Source: a virus. Taken from it: a stretch of 64,000 nt of DNA. The stretch spans positions 22,012 through 86,011 of IMG/VR virus record IMGVR_UViG_3300042691_018527, one strand, 5' to 3'. A program made the translations under genes and the position numbers. Below the pieces are notes generated by a model. It did not search any database. It had not been told where the DNA came from and was given only the letters and a program-made list of their open reading frames with translations. Shown piece after piece: positions 47,334 to 57,889 of the stretch. Every line of letters starts with the position of its first letter. Position 1 is the first letter of the stretch.

Positions 47334-49433
47334 TTATCCAATTGTGGCACTACGCCTTTCTGTTATATTCCACCATCTGGATCTTTCATCAAATATTCCG
47401 TCTCTTTGATTTCCAAATAAATATTCTTTTGATGTATTAGAACCAGAATTTACAGTAGAATTGTTAACATTAACAACAGAAGGATTGTTGTTCTTTTCAG
47501 AAGAAACCAACATTATATTTCTACTCAAATTGTTTATATTTTTATTAATATCAGAAATTGCAATTGTAATGTCTTTAAGTGCTAAATCCAAAACACCACC
47601 AGATTTAAAAGCCAAAACACTATCACTTGGAGCAGTCTCATATGTAGTATTTCCCAATTTCATTTGAATTGGTTGACCCGGTTCTAGTAAACCATCTTGA
47701 ATCGGTACAAAATTTTGCGGAACTTCATCAAAAGTTTCTGGTTTGTTGTTTTGATCTCTTTGTGCAGCAGCATCTGCTCTTGTTTTTGGTGTCGGTTGCT
47801 GTTGAGGTTGTTGTTGAGGTTGTTGTTGAGGTTGCGTTTGAGTCTGTATTGGTTGTGGTGGTTGTTGTTTTGCGTCATCTTCAATACCAAAAACCTCCGC
47901 TGCAAACCCACGCATCCAACCTGGAAACCAATGTAAAACTTGCTTTCCAATCATCTGTTTCATCTTATCAAAGTTTATTTTTCTTGCACCACTTGCATCA
48001 GTTGATACTGTTGCTTCCATTATTGGCAATAAAGCATTTGATATAAAGGATAGTGGAGTTTCTTTTAAAAGATTTAATGATTTTAATACATCTTGTGGGT
48101 TGTTTGATGATAAGCCATCAATTAACCCATATATACCTTCACCCATTTTCATCAATGATGAAATAAAAGGAACTTCCTTTAATGTGTTATATATAGCAGT
48201 TCCCCAATCTTTCAAAATGTTTAATTTGCCTTGTTGTATCTCTTCTGGCGATTTACCCTCACCTTGAGTTTTGTAATCTAAAAAGGCGTTTAATAAACTT
48301 AAACCAATCGACAATGGAACACCAGCATATGGAATAAAACCAACTAAACCATTTGCAACATCTATTAATGCACCAACATAATCACCTTTTTCATATCTAT
48401 CATATGCGAAATAAAAACTTATTAATGCACCGATACCGGGAATTGCTTTAGCGGCAAGTAATCCGGTACCTTTAAATATACCACCTACTAACTTAGGTAA
48501 AATTTTTGCAAATAATCCAGGAGATGCTTTTACTCCAGCTTTAGCAACATCATCACCAAACCCCATTGAAAATATTGCCTTTAACCCATCTTCTAATAGC
48601 TGACCAAATGTTGTAAACATTTTACCGGCAAGTGCAGGAATTCCACCAAGTGCTAATTTCAACCCACTTACCGAGAAAAATTTAGCAATACCTTCAACAA
48701 TTCCTTCAAATTTATTAAAAAAACTTAAATCAATGTTAAACTTTTCTTCTAACCATGGTTTGATATGACTATCCCAAAACATTGATATTAATACAGCAGC
48801 AAGCCCACCAGCAAGTAATAGTTTTGCAAGAGTTCCTAGCAAACTACCACTGTCAGCTGATTCGTATATTGCATCTTTTATTTCATCTTGTTTTGATACT
48901 AATTTTGATAGTTCTTTTTGTTGAAATTGGTATAAATTTCTCTCTTGATCTCTTGCCTTACCAAACAATTCTTTAAAGAATATTTTATTTTCATCTGAGA
49001 ATTCAATCACTTGTATATCTGGACCAAACGTTTTTTGTTCTGCTATATTTTCTTGTTTAGCTTTTTCCGGAACCACATTATCTATACTTGTATCTTTTAG
49101 TTTTTCTTTTGGTGATTGAAAAAAACCAGAAAAATCAGGAAGATTCATTTTAGAAAATTCTTTAAATTTATCTTTTATTTTTTTAATATTACTAACGGAT
49201 TCATCGTCTTTTAATTCTGATAAACCCAAAGGATCTGTAATTTTTTTAATCTCATCTGGTTTGATGTTTTTTACTCTATTTAAAAGAGGTTGGATGAATT
49301 TTGTTTTAAAATCTGATTTTAAATCATTTAATTCTTGAGTTTCGTTATCAAAAAAGAGTTGTTTGATAAAATCCTTGGCAGTCAAAGTACCATCGTCTTT
49401 GATTTGTGAAAAAATATCTTCTATTGCTGCCAT
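47334..49433 (-). CDS. tape measure/baseplate hub-like protein (gp29-like)
   Basis: 699 aa, Gly/Ala-rich amphipathic repeats (KAIPGIGALI, GFIPYAG), Q/P tract; tail context. Confidence 0.55.
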   Translation of the reverse strand: MAAIEDIFSQIKDDGTLTAKDFIKQLFFDNETQELNDLKSDFKTKFIQPLLNRVKNIKPDEIKKITDPLGLSELKDDESVSNIKKIKDKFKEFSKMNLPDFSGFFQSPKEKLKDTSIDNVVPEKAKQENIAEQKTFGPDIQVIEFSDENKIFFKELFGKARDQERNLYQFQQKELSKLVSKQDEIKDAIYESADSGSLLGTLAKLLLAGGLAAVLISMFWDSHIKPWLEEKFNIDLSFFNKFEGIVEGIAKFFSVSGLKLALGGIPALAGKMFTTFGQLLEDGLKAIFSMGFGDDVAKAGVKASPGLFAKILPKLVGGIFKGTGLLAAKAIPGIGALISFYFAYDRYEKGDYVGALIDVANGLVGFIPYAGVPLSIGLSLLNAFLDYKTQGEGKSPEEIQQGKLNILKDWGTAIYNTLKEVPFISSLMKMGEGIYGLIDGLSSNNPQDVLKSLNLLKETPLSFISNALLPIMEATVSTDASGARKINFDKMKQMIGKQVLHWFPGWMRGFAAEVFGIEDDAKQQPPQPIQTQTQPQQQPQQQPQQQPTPKTRADAAAQRDQNNKPETFDEVPQNFVPIQDGLLEPGQPIQMKLGNTTYETAPSDSVLAFKSGGVLDLALKDITIAISDINKNINNLSRNIMLVSSEKNNNPSVVNVNNSTVNSGSNTSKEYLFGNQRDGIFDERSRWWNITERRSATIG
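47794..47834. repeat. short 12-bp tandem repeat encoding PQQQ
   Basis: About three copies of GGTTGTTGTTGA-like units. Confidence 0.7.
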
Positions 49434-49464
49434 ATATAGTACTTATTGTACTATAATTGTTTTA

Positions 49465-50295
49465 TTAAGTTAAAAACAATAAACTATCGACATTAATTAC
49501 CTTTTTATAATCTTCGTGTTCAACAAGTAATATTTCATCAACATCTTTTTTCCATTTTGATATTTGGTCCAAAACCTTTTGAATCAACACACTTGGTAAT
49601 TTTTCTATTAATTTTACTCTTTGATCAATTCTATCTAAGTTTAAATCAACCTCGATGTCGTTTATGTATAACTTTTTAATATATTTTGAAGTCTCCATTA
49701 TAAAAGCATCGGATATTATATCTTTAACATCTTCATTGTTTTTTGCTTGGTTGGATTTTTTATGAGTTTTTAACATTTGTTTGTCGTGTTGTAATTCTTC
49801 AAGAATAGAAGGAACCGACAAATCAACAGACAATGAAATATTGTTGTTTAACACTTTAATTGTTTCTTTTTCTGGAGTTACATAATTTTTAAATTTTTCA
49901 ATTATATTATTTAAATCTACCTTAAAAGAAATATTATTTTTATCATCAAAAATAACATTTAATTTGTTTGATATTTTACTTTTTAGAAATATTGCTATAC
50001 AATTTTTATCATAAACAGTGAAATCGTTTATGTCATTTTTATTATCTCCCAAATAATTTGATTTCAATATATCGTAAAATACATTTACGAAAGTTGTGTT
50101 ATACACCGAACTGTCCATTGCAGAACCAAGTAATTCTTTTTGTTGTTTGGTGTCTATCTCCCTAAAACAAAAATATTTCTTTTTAGATGGAATCCAAATA
50201 TCAACCTTAAATGTTTGTGAGATTTCATCCAATGCAACTAAAGCATTTTTAAAATCAATTAACTGTGTTTCTTCTTGTTCTGTATATTCTTCCAT
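49465..50295 (-). CDS. baseplate hub assembly protein (gp26-like paralog)
   Basis: IPSKKK...FREIDTKQQKELL...FTVYDK..I.IFLKSK motif. Confidence 0.6.
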   Translation of the reverse strand: MEEYTEQEETQLIDFKNALVALDEISQTFKVDIWIPSKKKYFCFREIDTKQQKELLGSAMDSSVYNTTFVNVFYDILKSNYLGDNKNDINDFTVYDKNCIAIFLKSKISNKLNVIFDDKNNISFKVDLNNIIEKFKNYVTPEKETIKVLNNNISLSVDLSVPSILEELQHDKQMLKTHKKSNQAKNNEDVKDIISDAFIMETSKYIKKLYINDIEVDLNLDRIDQRVKLIEKLPSVLIQKVLDQISKWKKDVDEILLVEHEDYKKVINVDSLLFLT

Positions 50296-50306
50296 ATTAT
50301 ATAAAC

Positions 50307-51266
50307 TTATGGTGGCACATCTCCAAATTCAAGTGCTAAATCTTTTAACGATTGATTTTGTAATGCTTCCTCTGGAGAGGATTTTTTATTTTGATTGTTT
50401 TTCTGTTCCTGCATTATAGAAAAATATATATTTCTTTCAGATGGAGAAATTTGCATTATATAATCTGTTGATAATCCACATCCAGATAGTATATAAATTT
50501 CTTGATATAATGATCTTACATCATAAGAAAAAAACAATTTTAAATGTTCTAAAAAACTTAATGTATAAAAATTAAATTTATAATCTTTAAAATACTCCAA
50601 CCCAAAAAGATCTGATTCAAATAATTTTGTGACGATTGAAATTACTATTTCTTGTATTTTTTGTTTCAAAGAAACAGATATTTTATCAAAAATATATTTT
50701 TTTTCTTCCAAATTAAAATCATTTAAAACAATTTTTTTATTTTTAAATTTTATGTAATCTATAAACTCATGTAAAGTGTCATTTATTAGGTTATAATCAT
50801 TGGTTTTATTTAATAAAATTGAATTAAATGTTTTTAAAGAATTTATATTTGGCCATTTTAATTTTATTTCTACGTCATTGTCATACAAAAATTGTTCATC
50901 CTCAATACACAATGATGCATTATATAAATTTGTTAAATATGTTCTTAGGTCTACATTTAATTTTGTTTTTTCTTTCCCACCAGTATTTAAAAAAAACGTC
51001 ACACTTGTTCCAACACTTATCATTCTAAATTTCACCAAGAATAAAATATATTCAATGATGTCAATATTTTTTAAAACTTCTTTATTTTGAACACAATTTG
51101 AAACTAAATTTAAAACAAAATTATGATAATTTAAATAATCTTCCTTTTTATTTAAAAAATTTAAATTGGCTTTTGCTAATAAAATTTGTTCATTTGTTTT
51201 TAATTCTCTAAAATTCAAAGTTGTTTTAGAGAACGGTAAATCTAAACTTTGTGAATAATATTCCAC
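50307..51266 (-). CDS. gp26-like protein with C-terminal gp51-like segment (GTG start)
   Basis: LPFSK...FRELKTNEQILL...FLVKFRMISVG; C-terminal YQEIYIL...ISPSERNIYF. Confidence 0.65.
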   Translation of the reverse strand: MEYYSQSLDLPFSKTTLNFRELKTNEQILLAKANLNFLNKKEDYLNYHNFVLNLVSNCVQNKEVLKNIDIIEYILFLVKFRMISVGTSVTFFLNTGGKEKTKLNVDLRTYLTNLYNASLCIEDEQFLYDNDVEIKLKWPNINSLKTFNSILLNKTNDYNLINDTLHEFIDYIKFKNKKIVLNDFNLEEKKYIFDKISVSLKQKIQEIVISIVTKLFESDLFGLEYFKDYKFNFYTLSFLEHLKLFFSYDVRSLYQEIYILSGCGLSTDYIMQISPSERNIYFSIMQEQKNNQNKKSSPEEALQNQSLKDLALEFGDVPP

Positions 51267-51274
51267 TAATATAG

Positions 51275-52006
51275 TTACTTCAAATACATGTAATTTCCAG
51301 TTTGACCATCCAAAACAGAATATCTATCATAAACAAATTTAATATCACTATATTTCATACCTTCTTCTGCATATGAATATGTTTCACCTTGAATTGAAAT
51401 GGGGGCAACATTAAAAAATCTATATATTTTTCTTACTGCCATTTTTCTCTTAGGACCAGTTTTAGCATACATAACAACATCAGCAAAATTACACTTAACA
51501 TACTTTTGTGAATTTTTGCTTCTTGCAACTAATCCATTATAGCCAACAGAAACTATCCAAGGTCTTACTATTAAATCTAAAAAAGAAGCATTAGTTTCTA
51601 ACATCGTAACACTTAAATTTTGATATTTTTCTCTATTTCCAACAGTAGCGGGTGGCATAAAACCACCATATTCCAATCCCTCGTTACCACCAGCAATTGT
51701 TTCGGACGGTAACTGAACTTGTCTAGCAAACGCACAACCAACCATGTTATTAGTTGAATATTGTAGTTTTCCATCTAACAAATATCTTGTTACAGAACTA
51801 TTATATGTCCAATTATTACCATATTCTCTTTTTCTCAGAGTTGACTGTAAATTATTCATCAACGAATTAACTGAGCTAAAATCAAAATATATTAGCCATT
51901 GGCTTGCTAATGATATGCTAGTCGGCCAAGAACCAAGAAGTTCTAAATAATACTCATAAGGACTCTTGTTTTCACCAAGAGCAAAAAAATCAGTTAAAGA
52001 AAGCAT
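51275..52006 (-). CDS. tail tube-fold protein (gp54/gp19-like)
   Basis: ARQVQLPSE, LSVTMLET, YRFFNVAPISI, IKFVYDRY motifs. Confidence 0.65.
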   Translation of the reverse strand: MLSLTDFFALGENKSPYEYYLELLGSWPTSISLASQWLIYFDFSSVNSLMNNLQSTLRKREYGNNWTYNSSVTRYLLDGKLQYSTNNMVGCAFARQVQLPSETIAGGNEGLEYGGFMPPATVGNREKYQNLSVTMLETNASFLDLIVRPWIVSVGYNGLVARSKNSQKYVKCNFADVVMYAKTGPKRKMAVRKIYRFFNVAPISIQGETYSYAEEGMKYSDIKFVYDRYSVLDGQTGNYMYLK

Positions 52007-52032
52007 AATAATATTTATGCTTTAATCTTTTA

Positions 52033-52575
52033 TTACTTGGCTAATCTCCAGTATTGATATGCTAATGTGACCTGTTGTTCTAAAATTTCACCAGCTGTGG
52101 TAATATTTAAAGTAAGATCACCTATAGTTTGACAGTAAGCACCATACAAAGTATAAGTTCTTAGTGCATTACCTTGTTTGTCCATTAGACTTAAAGTAAT
52201 TTGATTTGATACATCTTTACTTGGAATGTTGTATGAACCAGTACTATTTGCATCATCAAATACTTGTTTTGTCCAATCTTCAAATTTTCTACGAATAGAA
52301 AGATTCTGTGGAACCCTAAATGTTATTTGCCAGCCTTGACTATTTGGATATGTTGCAGTTCCAGGAACATTAAACGACAATCCCATGAAAGGAACTGGAA
52401 TGTTAGTAATTGATCTTCCGGGTAATGTAGTACTTGTAACATACATTAATTCATTTGTGGTAAATCTTGTTCCTCCCAATGCAATAACTCTAAATAAGTT
52501 ATTACGAGCAAAGTCATTTGAAATTGCTGTGTCGTAGAAGTTTTCTATACCTTGTGTTTCGAGTATTCCAGCCAT
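52033..52575 (-). CDS. gp19: tail tube protein gp19
   Basis: ARNNLFRV, TLPG, VPFMG, WQITF, IRRKFEDW, LAYQYW motifs; follows sheath gene. Confidence 0.88.
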   Translation of the reverse strand: MAGILETQGIENFYDTAISNDFARNNLFRVIALGGTRFTTNELMYVTSTTLPGRSITNIPVPFMGLSFNVPGTATYPNSQGWQITFRVPQNLSIRRKFEDWTKQVFDDANSTGSYNIPSKDVSNQITLSLMDKQGNALRTYTLYGAYCQTIGDLTLNITTAGEILEQQVTLAYQYWRLAK

Positions 52576-52614
52576 AATTTTATATTAATATTTATCCTCC
52601 AGTAGTATCATTTA

Positions 52615-55116
52615 TTAACCATTTAACTCAGAGAAATCAACTCCAGTTCTTGTTGCAATGAAATCTGCCAATATGAATTCAGAAGCTCTTACTGGTTTAA
52701 TGTAAATAGCTATTTTTAATTCATTGTTATCAATAACATCTGGTGTGTTGTTTCTTTCGTCACAAATTAATTGATAATCATATAAACCATCATTCAATTT
52801 GGCTCTGTCGAAAGTAGGCATTAAAGCACCTTTTAATCTGTTTCTAGTTGCAAACGTATTTGGTTCAAAAACAAAGTACTTTAATAATGCTTGAGTTTCT
52901 TTTTCAAGAGTCAAGAACAATCTACGAACATTGATTCTATCAAATGCGGATGGTTTACGGTATAATGTTTTTTGTCCGAAGATAACAAACCCATCGTTAG
53001 AGAAATATGCGATTGGATTTATATTGATCTTGTATAATAAATCTCTCTGTTTTTGTGTTGGGTTTACACCTAAGTCATTTACGCCATTCAACACCCCTCT
53101 GGTAAACCCAGCTGGTGCAATCCATGGGAACGATTGTTGTGATGTTGATGCGAATGCAGCAGCAGCATATCCAGACGATGGAACCCAAACTTGTTTATTT
53201 GAATTTGCATCATTTGTTTTAACCCAGTTACCATATGTTGCAACGTAACTACTTTGAATAGAACCAAATTGATTTTTCAAAGGCCAATATATATGATTAG
53301 AGAATATATAGTTTTTAGTATCTTCTACTTTGTAATTTTCACCTCTTACGAAAATATATCTCAATGGATCAGCAACGAAAACGTGGTCTTTTCTGGTTTT
53401 GTCAGCAAATGTTACAAATTGATCACCAATAGCTTTGTAGGCAATACAAGCTTCTCCGTTTGCTATGCCATTTCCAGTTGTTGCTAATAAATCTCCAAGA
53501 TCTGGATTGTATGATTCATCGAAATCACTGATGTCTGATTGAGAAGTATAATTCAAATCTTTCTGTTTAGAATTAGCACCAACCCAAATAGTGCCTAACC
53601 CAGCTTCTGCTATAACATCTATGTTCATGGTATCATCGTTTTCCAATTTACGAATTATTCTTTGTAATTTTAATGGAACGTTTCCAACGTCTTTTGCTTT
53701 CTTGTCAGTATCGGATTTATATACTCCAGTTGAGTACAAATTTTTAGCTTTACCAGATACTTTTATTGTTTTAATTGGTGTACCATCGTCGTTTAACCAA
53801 TTTCCTGTTGTTGATATGTAAGGATTTGTTAAAATCTTTATAGTATTTGAAGAATTATTTACAACAGTATCTAAGAAATAACTATTTGGTGTTCCACCAT
53901 ATTGGTTATTTTGAGTTCTTTTTGAATACAACGAGCCAGAATATCCTTCTGCTAGATTGTATTCCAACGTGATAGTGTCTTGATTATATTGAGATGTTCT
54001 TAATTTAAAAACAGTTAAAATTAAGCTATCATTAAATGAATCTAATGCGAAATCATATCCGGTTGGATAATTTTCAATAACTTTTGAAATACTGTAACCT
54101 CCAAATGCACTAGATGCTTGTGTTAAATTAAAGTTTAATCTAGAATTTGGAATTCTTGTAAATGGTTGTGTCATTCCATCTATTGAAGCTGTTGTTTTAA
54201 CTGATGTTACACAGTCAAAATCTGTTGATGGGTTGAAATTTGAATTATCTGCGAGTGCAACATAATAACCTTCATAAAGATTATTAATGGATGTTTTTGC
54301 AGAATTTATAATTACCAATCCAGCCTTTCCAATATCTGAGAAATTATTAATTATTGGATTATACGATTTACTCCAAACAATATTATTTTGAGTTAATTGT
54401 TCATACTGATTATCAGTTAAAAGCATTGATATTGGTTCATCAAGTTCGTAATTATTACTAGTTGAATAGTCGTTCGTGATTTGACCAATTATTCCAAGAT
54501 TTGCACCAGCAGCAGCACTAGATCCACCACCACCTACAAATTGAACGTTTGGTGATGATTCGTATCCATAACCATTGTTTGTTATTTCTATTGCTGAAAT
54601 TTTACCAACAGTGTTTACGTTAAGTGGATCACCCAATTTAGCAATAGCGGTTGCTTTGATAGTTGGATTACTTCCATTTGGACCACCACCTAATAATTCA
54701 ACACTAGGTGGTGTTGTGTAATCAGTTCCTGAATTAGACAATGTAATTGTTGTTACACCATATACATCAGATCCAACGCCAATATTTTTAATTGGATAAA
54801 CCAATGCACTATATGTATTAGAATACCCTTCACCACCACCAGAACCATAAGGTAAACGAGTAACCATTAAGTTTGCTGGAGAATTTAATAAAATTTGTTT
54901 TGCTGTGTGGTATAAATATCTTTCAGCTGCATTAGTAGGAACACCGAAAACTTGTTCATATTCAGAAACACTTCCAATATTGACAATATCTTCAGTTGGT
55001 CCTTGATCAGAAAAACCAGTTATGAAAACATCTGTTGTTCCTAATGGTCTACTAATCAAACTTAAATCTATTTCATTGATCTGAACTCCGGGTGATGTTA
55101 TAATTCTTGATGACAT
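52615..55116 (-). CDS. gp18: tail sheath protein gp18
   Basis: SPGVQINEIDL, PWIAPAGFTRG, GQKTL...SAFDRINVRRLF, FEPN, CDERNNTP, IYIKP motifs. Confidence 0.96.
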   Translation of the reverse strand: MSSRIITSPGVQINEIDLSLISRPLGTTDVFITGFSDQGPTEDIVNIGSVSEYEQVFGVPTNAAERYLYHTAKQILLNSPANLMVTRLPYGSGGGEGYSNTYSALVYPIKNIGVGSDVYGVTTITLSNSGTDYTTPPSVELLGGGPNGSNPTIKATAIAKLGDPLNVNTVGKISAIEITNNGYGYESSPNVQFVGGGGSSAAAGANLGIIGQITNDYSTSNNYELDEPISMLLTDNQYEQLTQNNIVWSKSYNPIINNFSDIGKAGLVIINSAKTSINNLYEGYYVALADNSNFNPSTDFDCVTSVKTTASIDGMTQPFTRIPNSRLNFNLTQASSAFGGYSISKVIENYPTGYDFALDSFNDSLILTVFKLRTSQYNQDTITLEYNLAEGYSGSLYSKRTQNNQYGGTPNSYFLDTVVNNSSNTIKILTNPYISTTGNWLNDDGTPIKTIKVSGKAKNLYSTGVYKSDTDKKAKDVGNVPLKLQRIIRKLENDDTMNIDVIAEAGLGTIWVGANSKQKDLNYTSQSDISDFDESYNPDLGDLLATTGNGIANGEACIAYKAIGDQFVTFADKTRKDHVFVADPLRYIFVRGENYKVEDTKNYIFSNHIYWPLKNQFGSIQSSYVATYGNWVKTNDANSNKQVWVPSSGYAAAAFASTSQQSFPWIAPAGFTRGVLNGVNDLGVNPTQKQRDLLYKININPIAYFSNDGFVIFGQKTLYRKPSAFDRINVRRLFLTLEKETQALLKYFVFEPNTFATRNRLKGALMPTFDRAKLNDGLYDYQLICDERNNTPDVIDNNELKIAIYIKPVRASEFILADFIATRTGVDFSELNG

Positions 55117-55128
55117 AATTTATAAGAA

Positions 55129-55135
55129 TATTTAT
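55129..55135 (-). promoter_or_regulatory. late promoter motif (ATAAATA) for gp18
   Basis: Resembles T4 late TATAAATA; 12 nt before ATG; same motif before gp19 at 52589-52595. Confidence 0.65.
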
Positions 55136-55193
55136 CTTTCATTTTTTACAAATACAGATATTTTATTAGAAAGCATTAAGTGTAAATAGTATT

Positions 55194-55475
55194 ATGAACA
55201 ATAAATTTGATTTAATTGTTAATTCATTATTAACTGAAGCAAAATGCACTGGACCAACACAAAAAGCATCATCCACGTCAAAAGGTAAAAAATGGATGAA
55301 GTGTGTTAAACCCCCAAAAGGAAAAGGATATAAACGAATTCATTGGGGTCAAAAGGGAGTTAGAGTTACTGGAAAATCCGGAAACACTAAAAGAAAAAAA
55401 TCTTTCCGCGCAAGACATGGATGCTCAAGTGCAAAACCAGGAACACCAAAATATCAGGCTTGTAAAGATTGGTAA
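55194..55475 (+). CDS. small basic protein (RKKSFRARH.C type), candidate internal head protein
   Basis: GTAAATA 5 nt before ATG; N-terminus MNNKFDLIVNSLLTE. Confidence 0.7.
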   Translation: MNNKFDLIVNSLLTEAKCTGPTQKASSTSKGKKWMKCVKPPKGKGYKRIHWGQKGVRVTGKSGNTKRKKSFRARHGCSSAKPGTPKYQACKDW

Positions 55476-55479
55476 TTTT

Positions 55480-55487
55480 TATAAATA
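55480..55487 (+). promoter_or_regulatory. T4-type late promoter TATAAATA
   Basis: Exact consensus, 6 nt before ATG 55494. Confidence 0.7.
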
Positions 55488-55493
55488 ATAAAA

Positions 55494-55910
55494 ATGAATA
55501 ATAAATTCACTTCTGTTTTAGAAAAATATCTAAAAGAAAACAATCCAAATGTAGCATCTCAAATAGAGGACTTAAAAAGAAAAGCAACAGCTGCACCAAA
55601 ACAAGTTCAAGATGTTTTAAAGGTTACAGTTGGTGGTATGAGTAGTGCATTGTCAAAAAATGATCCTAAAACATTAGATTTGATTCAATCAATTACAAGT
55701 AAATTGGGAAAACCTGATGCAACATACAGTGCAGACGAATTAAAATTCATGGCAAATAGTGGTTTTTTACAAAATACAAATAAAGAACAACCACAAGAAG
55801 AAAACGAAGAAGAACAAAAAAAAGAAGAACCACAGCAAACACAAGTTCAAAAACAACAACAACCCGTTCAATCGTCACAAAACAGCATGACGTACGATCC
55901 GAACAAATAA
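55494..55910 (+). CDS. hypothetical late protein, candidate internal head protein
   Basis: N-terminus MNNKFTSVLEKYLKE; Q/E-rich tail. Confidence 0.65.
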   Translation: MNNKFTSVLEKYLKENNPNVASQIEDLKRKATAAPKQVQDVLKVTVGGMSSALSKNDPKTLDLIQSITSKLGKPDATYSADELKFMANSGFLQNTNKEQPQEENEEEQKKEEPQQTQVQKQQQPVQSSQNSMTYDPNK

Positions 55911-55917
55911 TTTTCAA

Positions 55918-56730
55918 ATGAAAAAACAAAAATCGCGCCTAAAAAACGCATCTCCTGTTGTCGAAACAAATACTACTGACACTTCGCCATATGTATTTCA
56001 AAGTGAAAAAATAAATTTCGATCTTACCATCAAAGAATTACCTTGGACAGAAAAACAAAAAGAAATTATTGCTAATTTTTTAGATAAAAAAACAAAAGTT
56101 CTTTTATTAAAGGGTCCAGCTGGTACATCAAAAACTATTTTAGCGATGTATTGTGGTTTAACTCTTCTAAACAAAAGAAGAGTTTCTGATTTAGTTTTGG
56201 TAAGATCTGCTGTCGAATCATCTGATTCAAAATTAGGATTCTTACCAGGTGATATTATGGAGAAGTTTAATGTGTATTTAACACCTTTTCATGATAAATT
56301 TTCTGAACTTTTAAGTAAACCCAATATAGATAGACTCCAAAAAGACAATAGGCTTACAATTTGTCCCATAAATTTTGCAAGAGGATTACATTTTTCTGCA
56401 AAGTTTGTTTGTGCTGATGAAGTTCAAAATTTTTCTACCAAAGAATTACAGACGATCATGAGTAGAATTGGTGAATTTTCAAAAGTATTTTTGTGTGGTG
56501 ATCCAGAACAAAGTGATTTACCACAAGGAAAATCAGGATTTAGTAAAGTGTATGACTTATTCAATAATGAAGAATCAAGAGAAAACGGAATTATTTGTAT
56601 GGAATTAACAGAAGCTGATATTGTAAGATCAGAACTTTGTAGGTTTATAACACATAAGTTTAAAGAGTTAAATGTTCCAAAAACAGAAGAATCTAAAAAA
56701 GATTCTTGGAAACCGGGAGATCACAAATAA
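55918..56730 (+). CDS. phoH: PhoH-like ATPase
   Basis: GPAGTSKT, LGFLPG, ARG, DEVQN, SRIGE, GDPEQSDL, DIVRS motifs. Confidence 0.92.
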   Translation: MKKQKSRLKNASPVVETNTTDTSPYVFQSEKINFDLTIKELPWTEKQKEIIANFLDKKTKVLLLKGPAGTSKTILAMYCGLTLLNKRRVSDLVLVRSAVESSDSKLGFLPGDIMEKFNVYLTPFHDKFSELLSKPNIDRLQKDNRLTICPINFARGLHFSAKFVCADEVQNFSTKELQTIMSRIGEFSKVFLCGDPEQSDLPQGKSGFSKVYDLFNNEESRENGIICMELTEADIVRSELCRFITHKFKELNVPKTEESKKDSWKPGDHK

Positions 56731-56741
56731 GTAATTAAGTT

Positions 56742-56924
56742 ATGAATAACACACCACAATATCAAACAGTTGAAAACAGACCAATTCCATGCAATTTTTG
56801 TGGAGCAACTGTGAACGGAAGAATCATGGAAAGAGTTGACGCTAAAACAAAATCTGTTATCAAAGAATGTAAATGGGTTTGTGCTAGGTGTGGTAATCTT
56901 TCAAAGGTTGGAAACATTAGATAA
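56742..56924 (+). CDS. small Zn-ribbon protein
   Basis: CNFCG...CARCG; ATAAGTA at 56727-56733 upstream. Confidence 0.65.
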   Translation: MNNTPQYQTVENRPIPCNFCGATVNGRIMERVDAKTKSVIKECKWVCARCGNLSKVGNIR

Positions 56925-57418
56925 TGAATCTAGAGAAGATAATTGAAGAAGTCTATGATACTGGAAACAAACAGTATTCAGCTGGGTCTATGGCACCTAG
57001 AAAAGATTTTGCACCAGTCTCAACAACTGGAAACTACAATTATCCTTATCAAAAAAACATGCCGTCGGATGTTCCAACAACACCACCTCCCGATGGAACA
57101 CCAAGTTATCCTTGGCCATTACATACTATTGTGGATGATTTGTCAGATAGTTTCGTGTATTTAATAGCTGCTGCAAACAAATTAGCACAGTGTGCAAAAA
57201 ACAATCCAGTTATTAAACCAAAACAAAAAGACCAGCTAATAGAACTTTATAAAAAATCAAAACAAGCTTTGTTATTGATTAAAGATGTTGGTCTTTCGAT
57301 AGAAAAAGTTGCAAATTTAGCTGGTCCTCAGCCACCACAATCAACAGCAAGAGGACCAGAAAGTATTAAACCGGAATCACAACCAGAAAAACCATCTGTT
57401 TTAGTTAAAGTTTCTTAA
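56924..57418 (+). CDS. hypothetical protein
   Basis: 164 aa, TAATG-coupled to the previous gene. Confidence 0.6.
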   Translation: MNLEKIIEEVYDTGNKQYSAGSMAPRKDFAPVSTTGNYNYPYQKNMPSDVPTTPPPDGTPSYPWPLHTIVDDLSDSFVYLIAAANKLAQCAKNNPVIKPKQKDQLIELYKKSKQALLLIKDVGLSIEKVANLAGPQPPQSTARGPESIKPESQPEKPSVLVKVS

Positions 57419-57425
57419 TATTTTG

Positions 57426-57454
57426 TTGACATATTAAATATTAAATGCTAACTT
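57426..57454 (+). promoter_or_regulatory. sigma70-type promoter
   Basis: TTGACA-N17-TAACTT with TGn, 6 nt before ATG 57461. Confidence 0.6.
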
Positions 57455-57460
57455 TAATGC

Positions 57461-57889
57461 ATGAAAAAATTAAGTATTCCGGTTGAGTTGTTTTTTTCAA
57501 CTTTGAAAGTTTTAATGTTATCAACCATAGGCGCATTGTGTCTATGGTTTTTTGGTTTTGATTTCATCCCATCATTTTGTTTGGTGTTTGTATTTCAATA
57601 TATTTTGTTTTCTTTTATTGGTAATATTATAAACAATTATTATATCCAAAAAACTAAACAAAAAGAACTAGAAGCATTGGAACCACTTTCAACTATTTTA
57701 GAATGTGCATATTGCAATACTAAAAACTTAATGACGTTCCTTCCAGACCAAAATGAAAGAATGGAATTTGAATGTTCTTCTTGTAACAAGAAAAATGTTG
57801 TTAATATTCAGTTTGTTGTTGCAAGAACAACTGAACCTGTTACTGTTTCAAGTGCAACAAATATACCTTTAATCAACGATGAAAAATAG
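57461..57889 (+). CDS. membrane protein with C-terminal Zn ribbon
   Basis: Two hydrophobic segments followed by CAYC...CSSC. Confidence 0.65.
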   Translation: MKKLSIPVELFFSTLKVLMLSTIGALCLWFFGFDFIPSFCLVFVFQYILFSFIGNIINNYYIQKTKQKELEALEPLSTILECAYCNTKNLMTFLPDQNERMEFECSSCNKKNVVNIQFVVARTTEPVTVSSATNIPLINDEK

